A stretch of 64,000 nucleotides of DNA. It comes from Schizosaccharomyces osmophilus (Eukaryota). Both the position numbers and the translations under genes were made by a program. The stretch lies in the NCBI RefSeq assembly GCF_027921745.1, contig NC_079240.1, forward strand, positions 1,550,001 to 1,614,000. Direction: 5' to 3'. The notes beneath the pieces are model-generated. The model made no database searches, was not told the DNA's origin, and was given only the letters and a program-made list of their open reading frames with translations. Positions 36,249 through 47,942 of the stretch are shown here, one piece after another (the stretch's first letter is position 1; each line of letters begins with the position of its first letter).

Positions 36249-38042
36249 ATGGTTCAAGTTGAAGCCTCCTTATCTGGATCTGTTGGGCAAGAAGTTCCCA
36301 TACCCAAGAACGCAACAGCTGAGACAGAGCCAAAGAAAATTAAGCAACCTGATATGGACGAGGAGTATGCTGCTGCAGAAAAACTAAATAAGGAACTTGT
36401 TAACACAGAATTTGCTCCCATTACGGAGCCCAGTCACCGTCGTGTGTCAAAAAATACCGCCGGTGGAATGTTGTTCCAATTTGAGGATGAACCTTCTTAT
36501 TACTACGTAGTCACAACCTACATCTCTTATTTAGTTCTTATTATAATTGGTCACGTTCGAGACTTTTTTGGTAAGCGATTTCATAAAGATGATTACAAGT
36601 ATTTGAAGGATAGCGATGGTTATGCGCCCCTGTATAATCATTTTGATAATTTTTATGTTCGACGACTCAAGTTCCGTATCAATGACTGCTTCAGTCGACC
36701 TACTATGGGTGTTCCCGGTCGTATGATTAAACTGATGAATCGTTATTCCACTGATCATAATACTACCTTCAAACTTACGGGAGATACGTCAATGACTTTA
36801 AACGTGTCCTCTTATAATTATCTCGGATTTGCCCAGAGCCATGGACCTTGTGCTGAGGCCGTTGAAAAGGCTATTCGTAAGCATGGACTCTCTACTTGTA
36901 GTGCCAGTACAACTTGTGGCAATTATGGAATTCACTTGGAAGTCGAAGATTTGGCTGCCAAGTTTGTAGGTAAACCTGCATCCCTTATCTTTTCTCAAGG
37001 ATTTGGAACTAATTCTACCGTCTTTTCTGCTCTTATGGGACCTGGTTCCCTTATCATTTCAGATGAATTGAACCATAGTTCAATTCGTTTCGGTTCTCGT
37101 CAGTCTGGTGCAAATATCCGCGTTTTTAAGCATAATAATATGGTCGATTTAGAACGCGTTTTGCGTGAGGTTATTTCCCAAGGTCAGCCACGTACCCACC
37201 GTCCCTATACAAAGATTTTAGTTGTCATTGAAGGTTTGTATTCTATGGAAGGTAATTTCGCTGATTTGCCACGCATCATGGAGTTGAAGAAACGTTACAA
37301 ATTTTATTTGTTTATTGATGAAGCTCACTCTATTGGTGCAATTGGTCCTCATGGTGGTGGCATTTGCGATTACTTTGGTATTCCAACTACTGACGTGGAT
37401 ATTCTGATGGGTACCTTTACCAAGTCTTTTGGAGCTGCTGGTGGCTATGTCGCATCTTCTGTGGAAATTGTGAATAAGCTTCGCGTGACCAACCCAGGAT
37501 ACGTTTATGCGGAATCCATGAGTCCGGCCGTTTTAGCTCAAATTAAGAGCAGTTTCTTGGAGATCATGGATCACTCTCCTAGCTCAATTGGTTTGGAAAG
37601 AATTGAACGTTTGGCTTTTAACAGTCGTTACATTCGCTTGGGTTTGAAACGTTTGGGATTTGTCATTTACGGAAACGACGACAGTCCAGTTGTTCCTTTG
37701 CTTTTGTACAATCCCGGTAAAATCAATGCATTTTCGCACGAAATGTTGAAGCGGGGAGTCTCCATCGTGGTAGTTGGTTATCCAGCATGCCCATTATTAA
37801 CTTCAAGAGTAAGGTTTTGCTTTTCAGCCGCTCATAACAAGGCCGACTTGGATTATATTTTGAGAGCATGCGACGAAATCGGAGAAAAGCTTCAGTTGAA
37901 ACTGTCATCTGGAGCTGCGGGTGAAGATGTTGGAAAAACCAATGTCGATAAGATCAAGAAAAAACAAGGTTGGTATAGTCCTCCTCGTTGGTCGATCGAA
38001 GAAGTTATTTCCCATGGTGTTGAGGATACCTTGAAGCAATGA
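36249..38042 (+). CDS. lcb2: Serine palmitoyltransferase subunit Lcb2
   Basis: SSYNYLGF, DEAHSIGA and GTFTKSFG (PLP lysine). Confidence 0.96.
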   Translation: MVQVEASLSGSVGQEVPIPKNATAETEPKKIKQPDMDEEYAAAEKLNKELVNTEFAPITEPSHRRVSKNTAGGMLFQFEDEPSYYYVVTTYISYLVLIIIGHVRDFFGKRFHKDDYKYLKDSDGYAPLYNHFDNFYVRRLKFRINDCFSRPTMGVPGRMIKLMNRYSTDHNTTFKLTGDTSMTLNVSSYNYLGFAQSHGPCAEAVEKAIRKHGLSTCSASTTCGNYGIHLEVEDLAAKFVGKPASLIFSQGFGTNSTVFSALMGPGSLIISDELNHSSIRFGSRQSGANIRVFKHNNMVDLERVLREVISQGQPRTHRPYTKILVVIEGLYSMEGNFADLPRIMELKKRYKFYLFIDEAHSIGAIGPHGGGICDYFGIPTTDVDILMGTFTKSFGAAGGYVASSVEIVNKLRVTNPGYVYAESMSPAVLAQIKSSFLEIMDHSPSSIGLERIERLAFNSRYIRLGLKRLGFVIYGNDDSPVVPLLLYNPGKINAFSHEMLKRGVSIVVVGYPACPLLTSRVRFCFSAAHNKADLDYILRACDEIGEKLQLKLSSGAAGEDVGKTNVDKIKKKQGWYSPPRWSIEEVISHGVEDTLKQ

Positions 38043-38376
38043 TGAGTAGAAATTGTTTGTTTTACTATGAACAGAAAATATTTATATACATGAGGAAGAC
38101 GGAATGTATGTGAGCACACGTGTAAAAACATACAGATTAGCAATAATAGTATCCCTTTAATAATAATTACGAAGATGAAAATGAAGACATGTTGAGAAGG
38201 TTGGCCACGAAAGCAAAACAAATGGTTAAAAGTAAGATTCACTACGCTTTTTGAAAGGAGGAAGAAGACTTTATTGAATCATAAAAGAGACTAGATAATC
38301 TGAAAAAAAGAAATAGAGTAACAGATATAAGGGAAATGGTCATCATAGTCTATCCAAAGAAACCAAACAAGATAGA

Positions 38377-38876
38377 TTAGGCAGAAGGGACGCGTACGAC
38401 AAGGACAACGCCGTCCCCACGCAGAAACATTTTACTTATAAAGCGATCTTTATTGACGGCTTTCCCCTTTTTTCCAGAGGCATTTCGTTTACGCTCGGTC
38501 CACATCTAAGTAGGTTGGTTAGTATGTGAAAATTCCTGTGGCAGAAAGAAAGATGGGCATACCTCTTTGACATTTTCTAAAACAAGATTGGAATGACGGT
38601 CAAAAGCCTTTACTCTGGCCAGAAGCTTTTTATTATTGCGACAGTTGATTAAGACTTGATCATGGTTTTTGACGGCTAAGAGAGGGTTAGCTTGAATGAA
38701 AGGAAACGCGATGGAAGCATACCCTGTTGCAAAACGCTCAAAGGTCCAGCGGTGAACTCGTATTCCTCAAGGCGAGTGAGTTCTAATTCAGTGAGCTCAC
38801 TCCGAGGTCGATTGACGAGATCTCTACACAATTAGTTAGTAAGAAGGAAACAAAGAAAAGAGAAACCATACGCCAT
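38377..38876 (-). CDS. smd2: Sm snRNP core protein D2, 115 aa; exons 38876-38872, 38823-38723, 38675-38563 and 38505-38377
   Basis: Spliced product [16 protein letters not shown]...[50 protein letters not shown]...[23 protein letters not shown]; three GT...CTAAC...TAG introns; not in ORF track. Confidence 0.95.
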
Positions 38877-39295
38877 TCGAAACGAAAGGAAAAAAGAAAG
38901 GTCAAGAGAATTTTGGATTTGGCTGGTACGTTTGGTGTTGAATTTTTATCAGGTAACATGGGTGACAGGCTGAAATGCCCAGACAAGGAAGGGCATGTCT
39001 AGCAAAGGAAGAATAACAAAGAAGCAAAAGGAGGAAAGGAAGGAATTGACGGATGAGACGATGAGAGTTTCTTTGAAATGAAAATGAAAATGATAAATAA
39101 AAATGGCAGTCAAATATTTATGGATAATGGAGAGAGGATGTAATGAGTGAGGTATGAGATGTTGGTCAGGTAGAAGAGTGTTTCATAAATGTACGAGAAG
39201 CAACCTCCATTTTGATGATTTTTCCAAAAATTAAAAGCTATACGAGAGAGAGATGTGCAATTTGTTTTACGGTCCTTGCTTCTGCTCCTGCTCTC

Positions 39296-39350
39296 TTTAT
39301 TTTATTTTATTTTATTTTTATTTTTATTTTTATTTTTATTTTTATTTTTT
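39296..39350. repeat. (TTTTA/TTTTTA)n simple repeat
   Basis: Direct inspection. Confidence 0.85.
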
Positions 39351-39448
39351 GAGGAATTCCTTTTTGTAAACAAACAAACGAATTCTCGCTCAATCAAAAT
39401 TGATAAAATGTGTATATATACACGTTAACTTGTATGAATACAACAACA

Positions 39449-39541
39449 GTCAGTATGTCCGAGTGGTTAAGGAGTTAGACTTGAACTATTCGAGCTATCT
39501 AATGCGCATTGCGCTCGCAGGTTCAAATCCTGCTGCTGACG
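39449..39541 (+). tRNA. tRNA-Ser(UGA) with 11-nt intron (39486-39496)
   Basis: GTCAGTA/TGCTGAC acceptor stem; TTAGA-CTTGAA-intron-A-TCTAA anticodon arm; long variable arm; GGTTCAAATCC. Confidence 0.93.
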
Positions 39542-39545
39542 AAAG

Positions 39546-39617
39546 TGCGCGGTAGGAGAGTGGAACTCCGACGGGCTCATAACCCGTAGGTCCCAGGATC
39601 GAAACCTGGCCGCGCAA
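39546..39617 (+). tRNA. Initiator tRNA-Met(CAU), second cistron of the Ser-Met dimer
   Basis: TGCGCGG/CCGCGCA acceptor stem; ACGGG-CTCATAA-CCCGT anticodon arm; GGATCGAAACC initiator-type T loop; oligo-T terminator follows. Confidence 0.95.
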
Positions 39618-40408
39618 TTCTTTTTTATTTTTGTTTTTGATTTTGATATTTTTCATTTTTTGTCGCTCACTCAAAAAGAACGGTTTTCGTCGTTGCAATC
39701 GACTCTCGTGAGATCCAAAACAGGTGCGAATCCAAGACAGACTCGAGACTCAACTGAACAACAAAGGACGACGACTTCCTTGGGCCATGGATGCTGCAAA
39801 ACTAAAGAAAGAAGACGAAAACAAAACCGACGTGAAGCTAAAGCTTTGTAAGTCATTGTAAACAACGTTTTGACTTGGAACATACAATGCATCACTAGTC
39901 TCTGTCTCTCTACCTACTCGACAACGTTCCACTACGACAAACTACTAAATCATTCTACAACAAAGACATTTCATAAACGTTTCAATATAATCAATATAAT
40001 ATAAAGACAAAGCAATCTTTTATTAACCATAAATATAGTATTAATACACAAAGAGGCAAACATGCACAAAAAGCAAGACATGGTTTCCCATCTTGAAAGC
40101 TAAATAAAAAAAAAGGAGAGTTCCTTCTATCGTTTCTCAGCATAAAGCAAGAATCAAAGAAGATAAAAGAAAAAAAAAAGAAAAAAAAAATTAATTAAAA
40201 AAAAAAAAACACACAAACAAATCAAAGATGAAAACATTGATCGAAACGAAACGAGACGAGACAAAACAAGAGAGACTCAAACTCTTGCCTTTTTTTTTTT
40301 TTTTCTTCGGTTTCTCTCTCGAAATGAACGAGTATAGGAAAAGAGGTTTCTAGACAATCATAATTGCATCACAACATTCATCTATCAGCTACTTTGTATC
40401 GTTCTTTC

Positions 40409-40570
40409 TTAGGTAGTACGACGAGTGGTGGGATGGACAAACACTTCGGGATCAGCGACCAACTTCTTGGTAAGACTGAAGGTAGCAAAGACACCAGCAG
40501 CGGCGACAGCAACACCCAAAGGCATCAATTCCATGGGGATTTTACGAAAGTTGGGCATACGGAAGGCCAT
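40409..40570 (-). CDS. 53-aa single-TM mitochondrial microprotein, MLRQ/NDUFA4-like
   Basis: MAFRMPNFRKIPMELMPLGVAVAAAGVFATFSLTKKLVADPEVFVHPTTRRTT; P-x-E-L-x-P-L plus TM plus DP-x-V pattern; AAAATGG context; codons typical of highly expressed genes; below ORF-track cutoff. Confidence 0.85.
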   Translation of the reverse strand: MAFRMPNFRKIPMELMPLGVAVAAAGVFATFSLTKKLVADPEVFVHPTTRRTT

Positions 40571-42179
40571 TTTAGTGAATGATATAAAAAAAGAGGAAAA
40601 AAGTTGAAAAACTGCTTAAAGAAAAAGGAAAGCGAAAAAAAAAGAAAAAGTAAAAAACAAATAAACCGTAAACTGTTGTTGAAATACAAAATTCACGACT
40701 TACGGTCCAAGCAAGCAAAAGAAATTATTATAAAAAAAGGTGATATAGAAGTAAGAAGAAGGCAGGACCCATACGGCCTTTTATAGCAAAAAGGAAATCA
40801 TGTCCCGCTTCTTAGTGGAAAACGAAGTCCAAACCAAATATCCAGAGAACCAATGGATACCTGAGTACAAGGATTGATTGGCATAGATGGTGTTTCTAAG
40901 CGCTAAATAAAACACGTAAGAGCACCGATTGGAAGTAACGAACAAATCACAGGGGATAAAAATAATGATTGGCTAATAATTTATAAGAAGGTTACATCTA
41001 TCTCCAATACCTGTTTTGAATGGTGTGGAGGAGCCAATGAAAATGGTTGAAGGCTATGCAACGTCCAATAAGAAATAGGGATGCAATAAAAAATGCGATC
41101 GAAGAAGGAAAAGAGAAACTACAAAAGAAATACAAGCAATAAATTGTTTTGAATCAATTAGTATATTTTTAAATATTCTTTTGGTTTTTTTTTCGCATTT
41201 TCTTTTCAAACATCCTTCTTCTCCACATTTTGCCTTCGCACCTTATCCTTCTCCACACATGACGTAGATGCTTGACGAATCTTAGAAATGCTATGCTTTT
41301 AGAGAAAGGAAATGTAAGCATATGCTCGTACAATGGGTCGAGAGTGTAACCAGGAAGGGAATGCCATATAGCAGTCAACGGTAAAAAAATGGAAACTCGC
41401 TTTCTTGTACAGTATGTCACGATTCAGAAGGATACTGTAATAAAAATAAAAATTAAATTAAATAGAAAAAATAAAAAGTAGAAAATAAAAAATAAAAAAA
41501 AGATAGTTTCAAAAAGGATCCTTTTCTCTTTGGTGACGATTTCTTGTTTCTACATCTACGAGTTTGCTTTGGTTGACCCTTTCCTGACTTTTCTACTTCT
41601 TTTTCTTATTTTATTTTATTTTAATTTTAATTTAATTTTAAATTTCTTTTTATTCATTTCAAACTGCTCTTTCCACGGCTTGTCCTTCTTGCCATTCTTC
41701 GATTTCCTCTTCCTGTTGTTACCCAGAAGGGAACATACAGCCTTTGTATCATAGAAATCCGGTCAACGTACGCCACTACACTTATCGTTTGCCAAACAGA
41801 AACCCATTCGAGTCTTTCCTGTAGGACCCTTTTTTTTTGTTGTGAATTTTATTCTTTTCTGTTTTTCCTCCGTTGCAAGATACCGCTCTTCCTGTTTCAG
41901 AACGTTACTGTCGTCATCTCTTTTTCCATTTTTCCTTGTACCATTAGCTTGCTTCAATTGATTTGATTTGACTTGACTTGACTTGACCTACATTGTTCAA
42001 TTGGTCTTGCATCCCTTTTCTAAAATTTGTTCTTGTGCTTCTTTGCTGTTATCTTTGTGCTTTTCTCTGTGGCCACTACGTACGCTTCAATAGGCACCAA
42101 TTCGTCCTTATAGATCTTTGTTTCTCTTTTTCTTTTTTTCTTTTTTCCCTCTTCTTCAACCTTTGTTTGTTGTTTCATC

Positions 42180-42665
42180 ATGGCTGCTCGTCGTCTTAGT
42201 AGTAATGCTCACATTGACCTTCAACCCATCCGTCAAGGCATTCTTCTACCCTTCAATGATCGTCCCAAGGAAATGAAAGGCCTTATAGAATGTAACGAAC
42301 AATATTTTCGCTCTGTTTGCGACACGGTTGGTGAAAAAAAATATCAGAAGCTCTTGCATCTTTGGGGGGAAACTTCACGTTCAGAAGTTTGTGACGCCGA
42401 CTTGCTCATGAAAAGCCAAAGGCTTCTGCTTTGTCTTCCCGAAGACTACGACACGAAAACCACCAACGACAACCAGGGCTCTAATGGTTCTTTTCAAATC
42501 GACCATTCCCGCTATCATCTATGGAGACAATTTTGTAATGTCATTGGATACGACATGCCCACCCCGACTCCCCAAGAAGATAGCAAAGCTCATGAAACCA
42601 TCCTTGAGTCTCCTAGAACGGAGGAGAATGAGGCCGTCATGTCCAGTGACTCTACCGAGGATTAA
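42180..42665 (+). CDS. Conserved hypothetical protein, 161 aa (position matches recalled S. pombe SPCC191.01)
   Basis: Clean ORF with ordinary composition within AT/low-complexity flanks; no recognisable domain. Confidence 0.7.
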   Translation: MAARRLSSNAHIDLQPIRQGILLPFNDRPKEMKGLIECNEQYFRSVCDTVGEKKYQKLLHLWGETSRSEVCDADLLMKSQRLLLCLPEDYDTKTTNDNQGSNGSFQIDHSRYHLWRQFCNVIGYDMPTPTPQEDSKAHETILESPRTEENEAVMSSDSTED

Positions 42666-43583
42666 CCGTTTTCGCTTTCTCTTCCAAATCATACTTGCTA
42701 CTTGGGCATGTGAGACAATTTAACTTTCCTTCCTTTCTCCATCCTATTTGTTAAACTCGGTTCCTTTGGCTTTTGAACATTTCTGTTTCGAACAAATTGG
42801 ATGGTTGTCCCATCACATGTCTGTCCTCATTTTTTTTTCCATTTTATTGTACTAATACATTTACTTTTTCCTCCGTATGCTTTTACTTTTACTTTTCCTT
42901 TTCCTTTTCCTTTTTCTATGATTCTATCTTTTCATCTGGCTGCTAAGATTCTTGCTTTATCAAACGAACTACTTTTATTTTTATTTTTATTTTTATTATT
43001 ATTGTTATTGTTTTTCTTCTGTTGCTCGCGTTTGTTACTATCTGCTTTTCTCATGCGCCAGATTCCCTATTCTTCCAGCAATATTGAGACTTCTGTAAAC
43101 TGTTTCATGATAGTCATGACGAATCTATTTAATTTTGGTTTATTTTTTCTCTATCTCTTCCTCATTTTATGTACTTATTTAATCTTCAAAGTCAATTCTT
43201 TTACTACTCTATTTGCCTTTCGCTTTCCATTCTTCAGTATCTTTTTCGTAAGCAACTCACTTGTACTTCACTACATAGCATGTTCCTTCGCCTTTTCGTT
43301 AGTCTTACACTGCCAAACAAAATCTACTCAAGTCATTCCTACTGGGGGGCTGTTTGTATACTGATTAATCACAATGAAGAATATGAAATCAATTCTTTAT
43401 CAACACAATTAAAATGTACAGCTTTATCAAAAGTTCATGAGCTCTTGGACAACTTTTCATGATATCAAAAAGTTATGCTTAATCTAAACGTTCAAGGAAC
43501 TGAATATGGAATATACGATTCCATAACTCAAAACCTCCCCGCACATATGCTTACTTTTGCGAATGCCATTTGAATCATCTATT

Positions 43584-45572
43584 CTAAGAACTCTTTTGGT
43601 GAGTATGATGAACAGCGTGAATGATGTGTTCCACCACCTTGGGTTCGGCAAGAGTACTTAAATCACCAATCTGATCAGTCTCGCCAGCAAGGATCTTACG
43701 GAGAATACGACGCATAATCTTTCCACTTCTAGTCTTGGGAAGATCACTGAAAATGAGTTTACGAGGAGCTGCGAAGGGTCCAATGGTAGAACGAACGCTC
43801 ATAATTAGCTGCTTTTCAAGATCAACATTGGCGACTGCATTTGGTTTAAGCAGAATAAAGGCATTAATAGCTTGTCCAGTTAGTTCATCAGGGACACCCA
43901 CAACAGCAGATTCGGCGACAGAATCATGAGAAATCAAAGCAGCCTCGATTTCAGCGGTACTCAAACGATGACCAGAAATATTTACAACGTCATCAACACG
44001 GCCACGAATCCAAATATAGCCGTCTTCATCACGATATGCACCATCTCCAGTAAAGTAGAAACCAGGATAAGGCTTCAAGTAGGTGTCAATAAAACGATCA
44101 TGTCCTTTCCAGACAGTACGGGCAGCACTGGGCCAGCTACTGCGAATGGCGAGAACACCTTCAACCTTATTGCCTTCAATTACTTTACCGTTGAGAGGGT
44201 CAATAATTACAGCGTCAATACCGAAAAAGGGAAGTGTGGCAGAACCAGGCTTCATGGGGGTAATAGGACCCATGGAAGAGACAATATGAGAACCAGTTTC
44301 AGTTTGCCAATAAGTATCAGTTACGGCACAACGACCTTGTCCTACCACATTATAGTACCACATAAATGATTCAGGAGCGATGGGCTCACCAACGCTTCCC
44401 AAGACACGGAGAGATGAACGGTCGTACTTGACATACTCGTCACCAGCGCGCTGAAGAAGACGGATTGCAGTAGGAGCAATGTACCATTGAGTTAACTTGT
44501 GGCGTTCGACAATGTTCCAATAGCGAGAATAATCGGGGTAAGCTGGAGTACCTTCAAACACAAGGGTGGCAGAACCCATCATAAGGGGTCCGTAAACAAT
44601 ATAGGTGTGACCAGTAATCCAACCAACATCACCAGCACAACCCATACGGTCGGTAGGATGGAGGTCGAAAATGTATTTACAAGTGGCAGCAGCACCAAGC
44701 AAGTATCCACCAGTCGTGTGGACGACACCCTTAGGCTTACCAGTACTACCAGAAGTATAGAGAAGGAATAATGGGTGCTCAGGGTTAACGACGGCGGGAG
44801 GACAATATTTGGGGAATTTTGGTACCAAATCGTGCCACCAAATATCACGGCCTTCTTCCATGGCGGTGGAAGCATCAGGAGAACGTTGGAAAACAAGGAC
44901 GTTGGTTAAAGTGGGGCAGTTAGGATATGCTCTGTTCACAACAGACTTGAGAGGAATACGTTTACCACCACGATGGCTTTCATCACAGGTGATGATGAGT
45001 TTGCAGGAAGAATCATTGATACGATCAGTCACAGATTCGGAAGAAAACCCAGCAAAAATGATAGAGTGAATAGCACCTAAACGAATAATGGCCAACATAG
45101 TAATAACAGTTTCCGGAATCATAGGCATGTAAATGGCAACGCGATCACCTTTGGTAACGCCAAGGGAAGCCAATGCACCAGCACATTGGGATACATCGGC
45201 CAAAAGTTGGCGATAAGTGATGTTGCGGCCTTCATTAAGTTCATCAGCTTCATATATCAAAGCAATGTCATTAGGACGCTCGATGGCATGACGGTCGACA
45301 AGATTATAACAGGGTGAAATTAAACCGTCAGTAAACCAAGCAGCATCAGCGTTTTCGATGGACCCTTGCTTGACAGTTTCAAAAGGCTTTTCCCAGTGGA
45401 TTATTTCGCGAGCCATTTTCCCCCAGAAGGTAGTAGGATCATGTATGGATTGTTCATACATGGCTTTGTACTCCTCCATGCTGGATATGTTAGGCTTGGG
45501 AATGGAGGCATCTTTGTGAAGACGAGCAGGAGGGTCTACAACAAAAGAGTAATTGGAAGCGTGTTGAGTCAT
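43584..45572 (-). CDS. acs1: Acetyl-CoA synthetase
   Basis: [34 protein letters not shown] and [11 protein letters not shown] motifs. Confidence 0.96.
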   Translation of the reverse strand: MTQHASNYSFVVDPPARLHKDASIPKPNISSMEEYKAMYEQSIHDPTTFWGKMAREIIHWEKPFETVKQGSIENADAAWFTDGLISPCYNLVDRHAIERPNDIALIYEADELNEGRNITYRQLLADVSQCAGALASLGVTKGDRVAIYMPMIPETVITMLAIIRLGAIHSIIFAGFSSESVTDRINDSSCKLIITCDESHRGGKRIPLKSVVNRAYPNCPTLTNVLVFQRSPDASTAMEEGRDIWWHDLVPKFPKYCPPAVVNPEHPLFLLYTSGSTGKPKGVVHTTGGYLLGAAATCKYIFDLHPTDRMGCAGDVGWITGHTYIVYGPLMMGSATLVFEGTPAYPDYSRYWNIVERHKLTQWYIAPTAIRLLQRAGDEYVKYDRSSLRVLGSVGEPIAPESFMWYYNVVGQGRCAVTDTYWQTETGSHIVSSMGPITPMKPGSATLPFFGIDAVIIDPLNGKVIEGNKVEGVLAIRSSWPSAARTVWKGHDRFIDTYLKPYPGFYFTGDGAYRDEDGYIWIRGRVDDVVNISGHRLSTAEIEAALISHDSVAESAVVGVPDELTGQAINAFILLKPNAVANVDLEKQLIMSVRSTIGPFAAPRKLIFSDLPKTRSGKIMRRILRKILAGETDQIGDLSTLAEPKVVEHIIHAVHHTHQKSS

Positions 45573-46954
45573 CTTGTATAAAAAATAAAACAAATAATAA
45601 CTAACGGATATGTAGAAACTTAGTAAAGGATCTGTTGGGTCGTTTCCTAGAAAACCAAATAGGGCTGGTCAAAGAAAATTAACGAGTGAGTTATTGAACG
45701 AAAATGCTAAGATTATCGACAAGTAAGAAATGAATAGTCGGAGACCAAACAAATAGTAGAGAAAAGGGAGGAATCAAATTAGGAAGCCTTAACCAAAAAA
45801 GGGTAGGGAAGACTACAAATTTATCGGTTAGTCAAAAAACAAATCTACTTTCAAGCAAAACACCCTCCATTGCTAGTTTGCTTTACAGAAACCAATTACC
45901 AGCGGAGGCGATAGAACAAGGCCTGTCCACTGTGTTCATCTCTTGATAATGTGCATACCTATACCAACAAGATAAAAAAATAAAGGAAATCAAAGGAGAT
46001 TGGGGTATGGTAATAGGGAAGGAATACGAAAGAATCCGATTCACAAATTTAGCCTAAAAAAGAGTCTGTAGACTTTTATTTTAAGCTGTAGTCTAAAACT
46101 TATATTTCACCAAAGAATAAGATTCTATATTGTTCACAAAGTGAAAAAGAAATCTTAAAGGGGATGAAATGAGAAGTTATGCTGAAAAAGTCAAGATGGT
46201 GTAAATTGGTGGAATGACTCTGAGCTTTCGTTGTGAAAATCAAACAAAGATCAGAGCTTAATATTTATTACCACGCAAATGATAAAAGGAGTTTGAAAGC
46301 GAAAACGCGAACGTGTAGCAGAGCCAGCGGAAAAAAACGCGTGAATCGGGGAATCTATAAATGAGACGATAAAAAGAAAGAAGCAGCAAGGTTTTATCGT
46401 TTAACGTTGAATTAAGATCAAGTTAAAACGCGTAAAAAGAAGAAGGAAAGTGCAACAAGTTGTTGGTTTCAAATCCCCAACGAAATTGTGGTAGTTGGTA
46501 AGGGAAAGATGCGTGAGTTCTTTAGGGATACGGAGAGAGGAGCAGAACATACATGGTTTGAAACAGTTTGCCTATTAGAAGGGAAAAAAAAACAGAAAAA
46601 GGAAATAAATTTATTCAATTAAAATTAAAAGGAAACCTTGAATCTGTCAGATCCCTAATTTTTCGTTTTGGTCGCAAAACTTGCTAGTCATGAGTTTTCA
46701 GGAAGCGACAGGTAATCAAAGTTTTGTAAATATCTTGTAGTGGAAAGGTCAGTAATAATGTGGATTTTTGGTTTTGTCGTGTAGTGACATGAGAAAGCTT
46801 TTTGAAAAGAAGAGTGTGCATAAACAAAACCCGAGAAAAATCAAAAAACCTAATACTCAAATGCTCAAAGGTAAAAACATTTGTTTTCGGAGGAGCCTGC
46901 ACGTTAAAAGGGTTCTGCTTTGACCGTTGAACGAGAGCTAATCTATAAAACAGC

Positions 46955-47572
46955 TCATGCTTGCTTGGCCCGTTGGGCAAGTTCTTGGACCAAGGCAGTG
47001 ATGGCGATTCGAAAAGCCTCATGAATGGAAGTGTGAATACTGACGATACCTCCGGACATTCGAATGAATCCCTCAACCATGACATTTTGCACCATGCCTT
47101 CGGAATGCACAATGAGTCCATCAGCATCTTCCAAAGAGCCAGATCCTCCCTTGGAGGCTCGAGGGACCAATTCATCATCCCAGGCATTTTTTCGATAAGC
47201 CTGTACTTTATCTGGGTACGTTCGCCCGTCTACAGTAAATCCAGCAAGCGGTTTTCCTTGCGCACTCATGTACCCCAACTCGACAGCGGTCCCTGGATCC
47301 ATATCTGGAGCTCTACGAAAAGGGTCCAAGCAAAAGATGCCAGCATCACAAACGTCCATCAAATTTCTGTCCAGAGTAGCAATTGCCAGACTCGTCGCAA
47401 TCCCTGGCTCCATATCTTCCACTTCTTCTTGACCGTCGAAGGGTGCCATTCCAACAACACCGACTTGACGACAAATTGCTTTCAATTCTTCAAATATAGC
47501 GTAAGCATCGGGTCGAAACACCAAGTCTCCTGCCAAGTAGACTTTTGGTTGTGACACGGCAGGCAAAGTCAT
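46955..47572 (-). CDS. Nucleoside 2-deoxyribosyltransferase family protein
   Basis: VYLAG, D...CDAGIF and DPGTAVELGYM..GKP NDT motifs; likely start MTLPAVSQPK. Confidence 0.85.
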   Translation of the reverse strand: MTLPAVSQPKVYLAGDLVFRPDAYAIFEELKAICRQVGVVGMAPFDGQEEVEDMEPGIATSLAIATLDRNLMDVCDAGIFCLDPFRRAPDMDPGTAVELGYMSAQGKPLAGFTVDGRTYPDKVQAYRKNAWDDELVPRASKGGSGSLEDADGLIVHSEGMVQNVMVEGFIRMSGGIVSIHTSIHEAFRIAITALVQELAQRAKQA

Positions 47573-47919
47573 GACCTTTTTCTCGCAGATGCTGCAATCA
47601 ATTGGGGTTTCTTTTCGTTTCTTTTTGTTTTCAAAGAAGCGTTGTTGCTCGGACGAATCGTTTACGAAAAAGACAATCCTTTGGTAACGAGTTCCAGCTA
47701 TGCCCAACAATTCAGTTTGGGTCTTGTAAGATCCAAGCAAAGCAAAGCATTCCATTCCTTGAGCATGATTTATCTACCACACAGTTCCATATCGGCGGAT
47801 CCTCTCTCTTTCTCACTCACTTTCTTGATATGATAAGACAATACCAGCCTTCCAAGGCAAAAGCTATGGAACAGAGGCCGTTTAAAAAAATGGGTACATG
47901 ATTAGTTTGAAAAGGGTTC

Positions 47920-47942
47920 TTTTTTTTTTTTTTTTTTTTTTT
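47920..47942. repeat. Poly-T homopolymer (23 nt)
   Basis: Direct inspection; a second 22-nt T run lies at 49833-49854. Confidence 0.9.

Noticed and set aside
42801..43364. 187-aa Phe/Leu-rich ORF
   Set aside because: Product of T-rich low-complexity 3'-UTR sequence
47573..47755. N-terminal extensions shown in the ORF track for the NDT gene, fio1, dal2, yak3, acs1 and the TF
   Set aside because: Mostly non-ATG starts or intron/UTR read-through; downstream ATGs or spliced exons fit better
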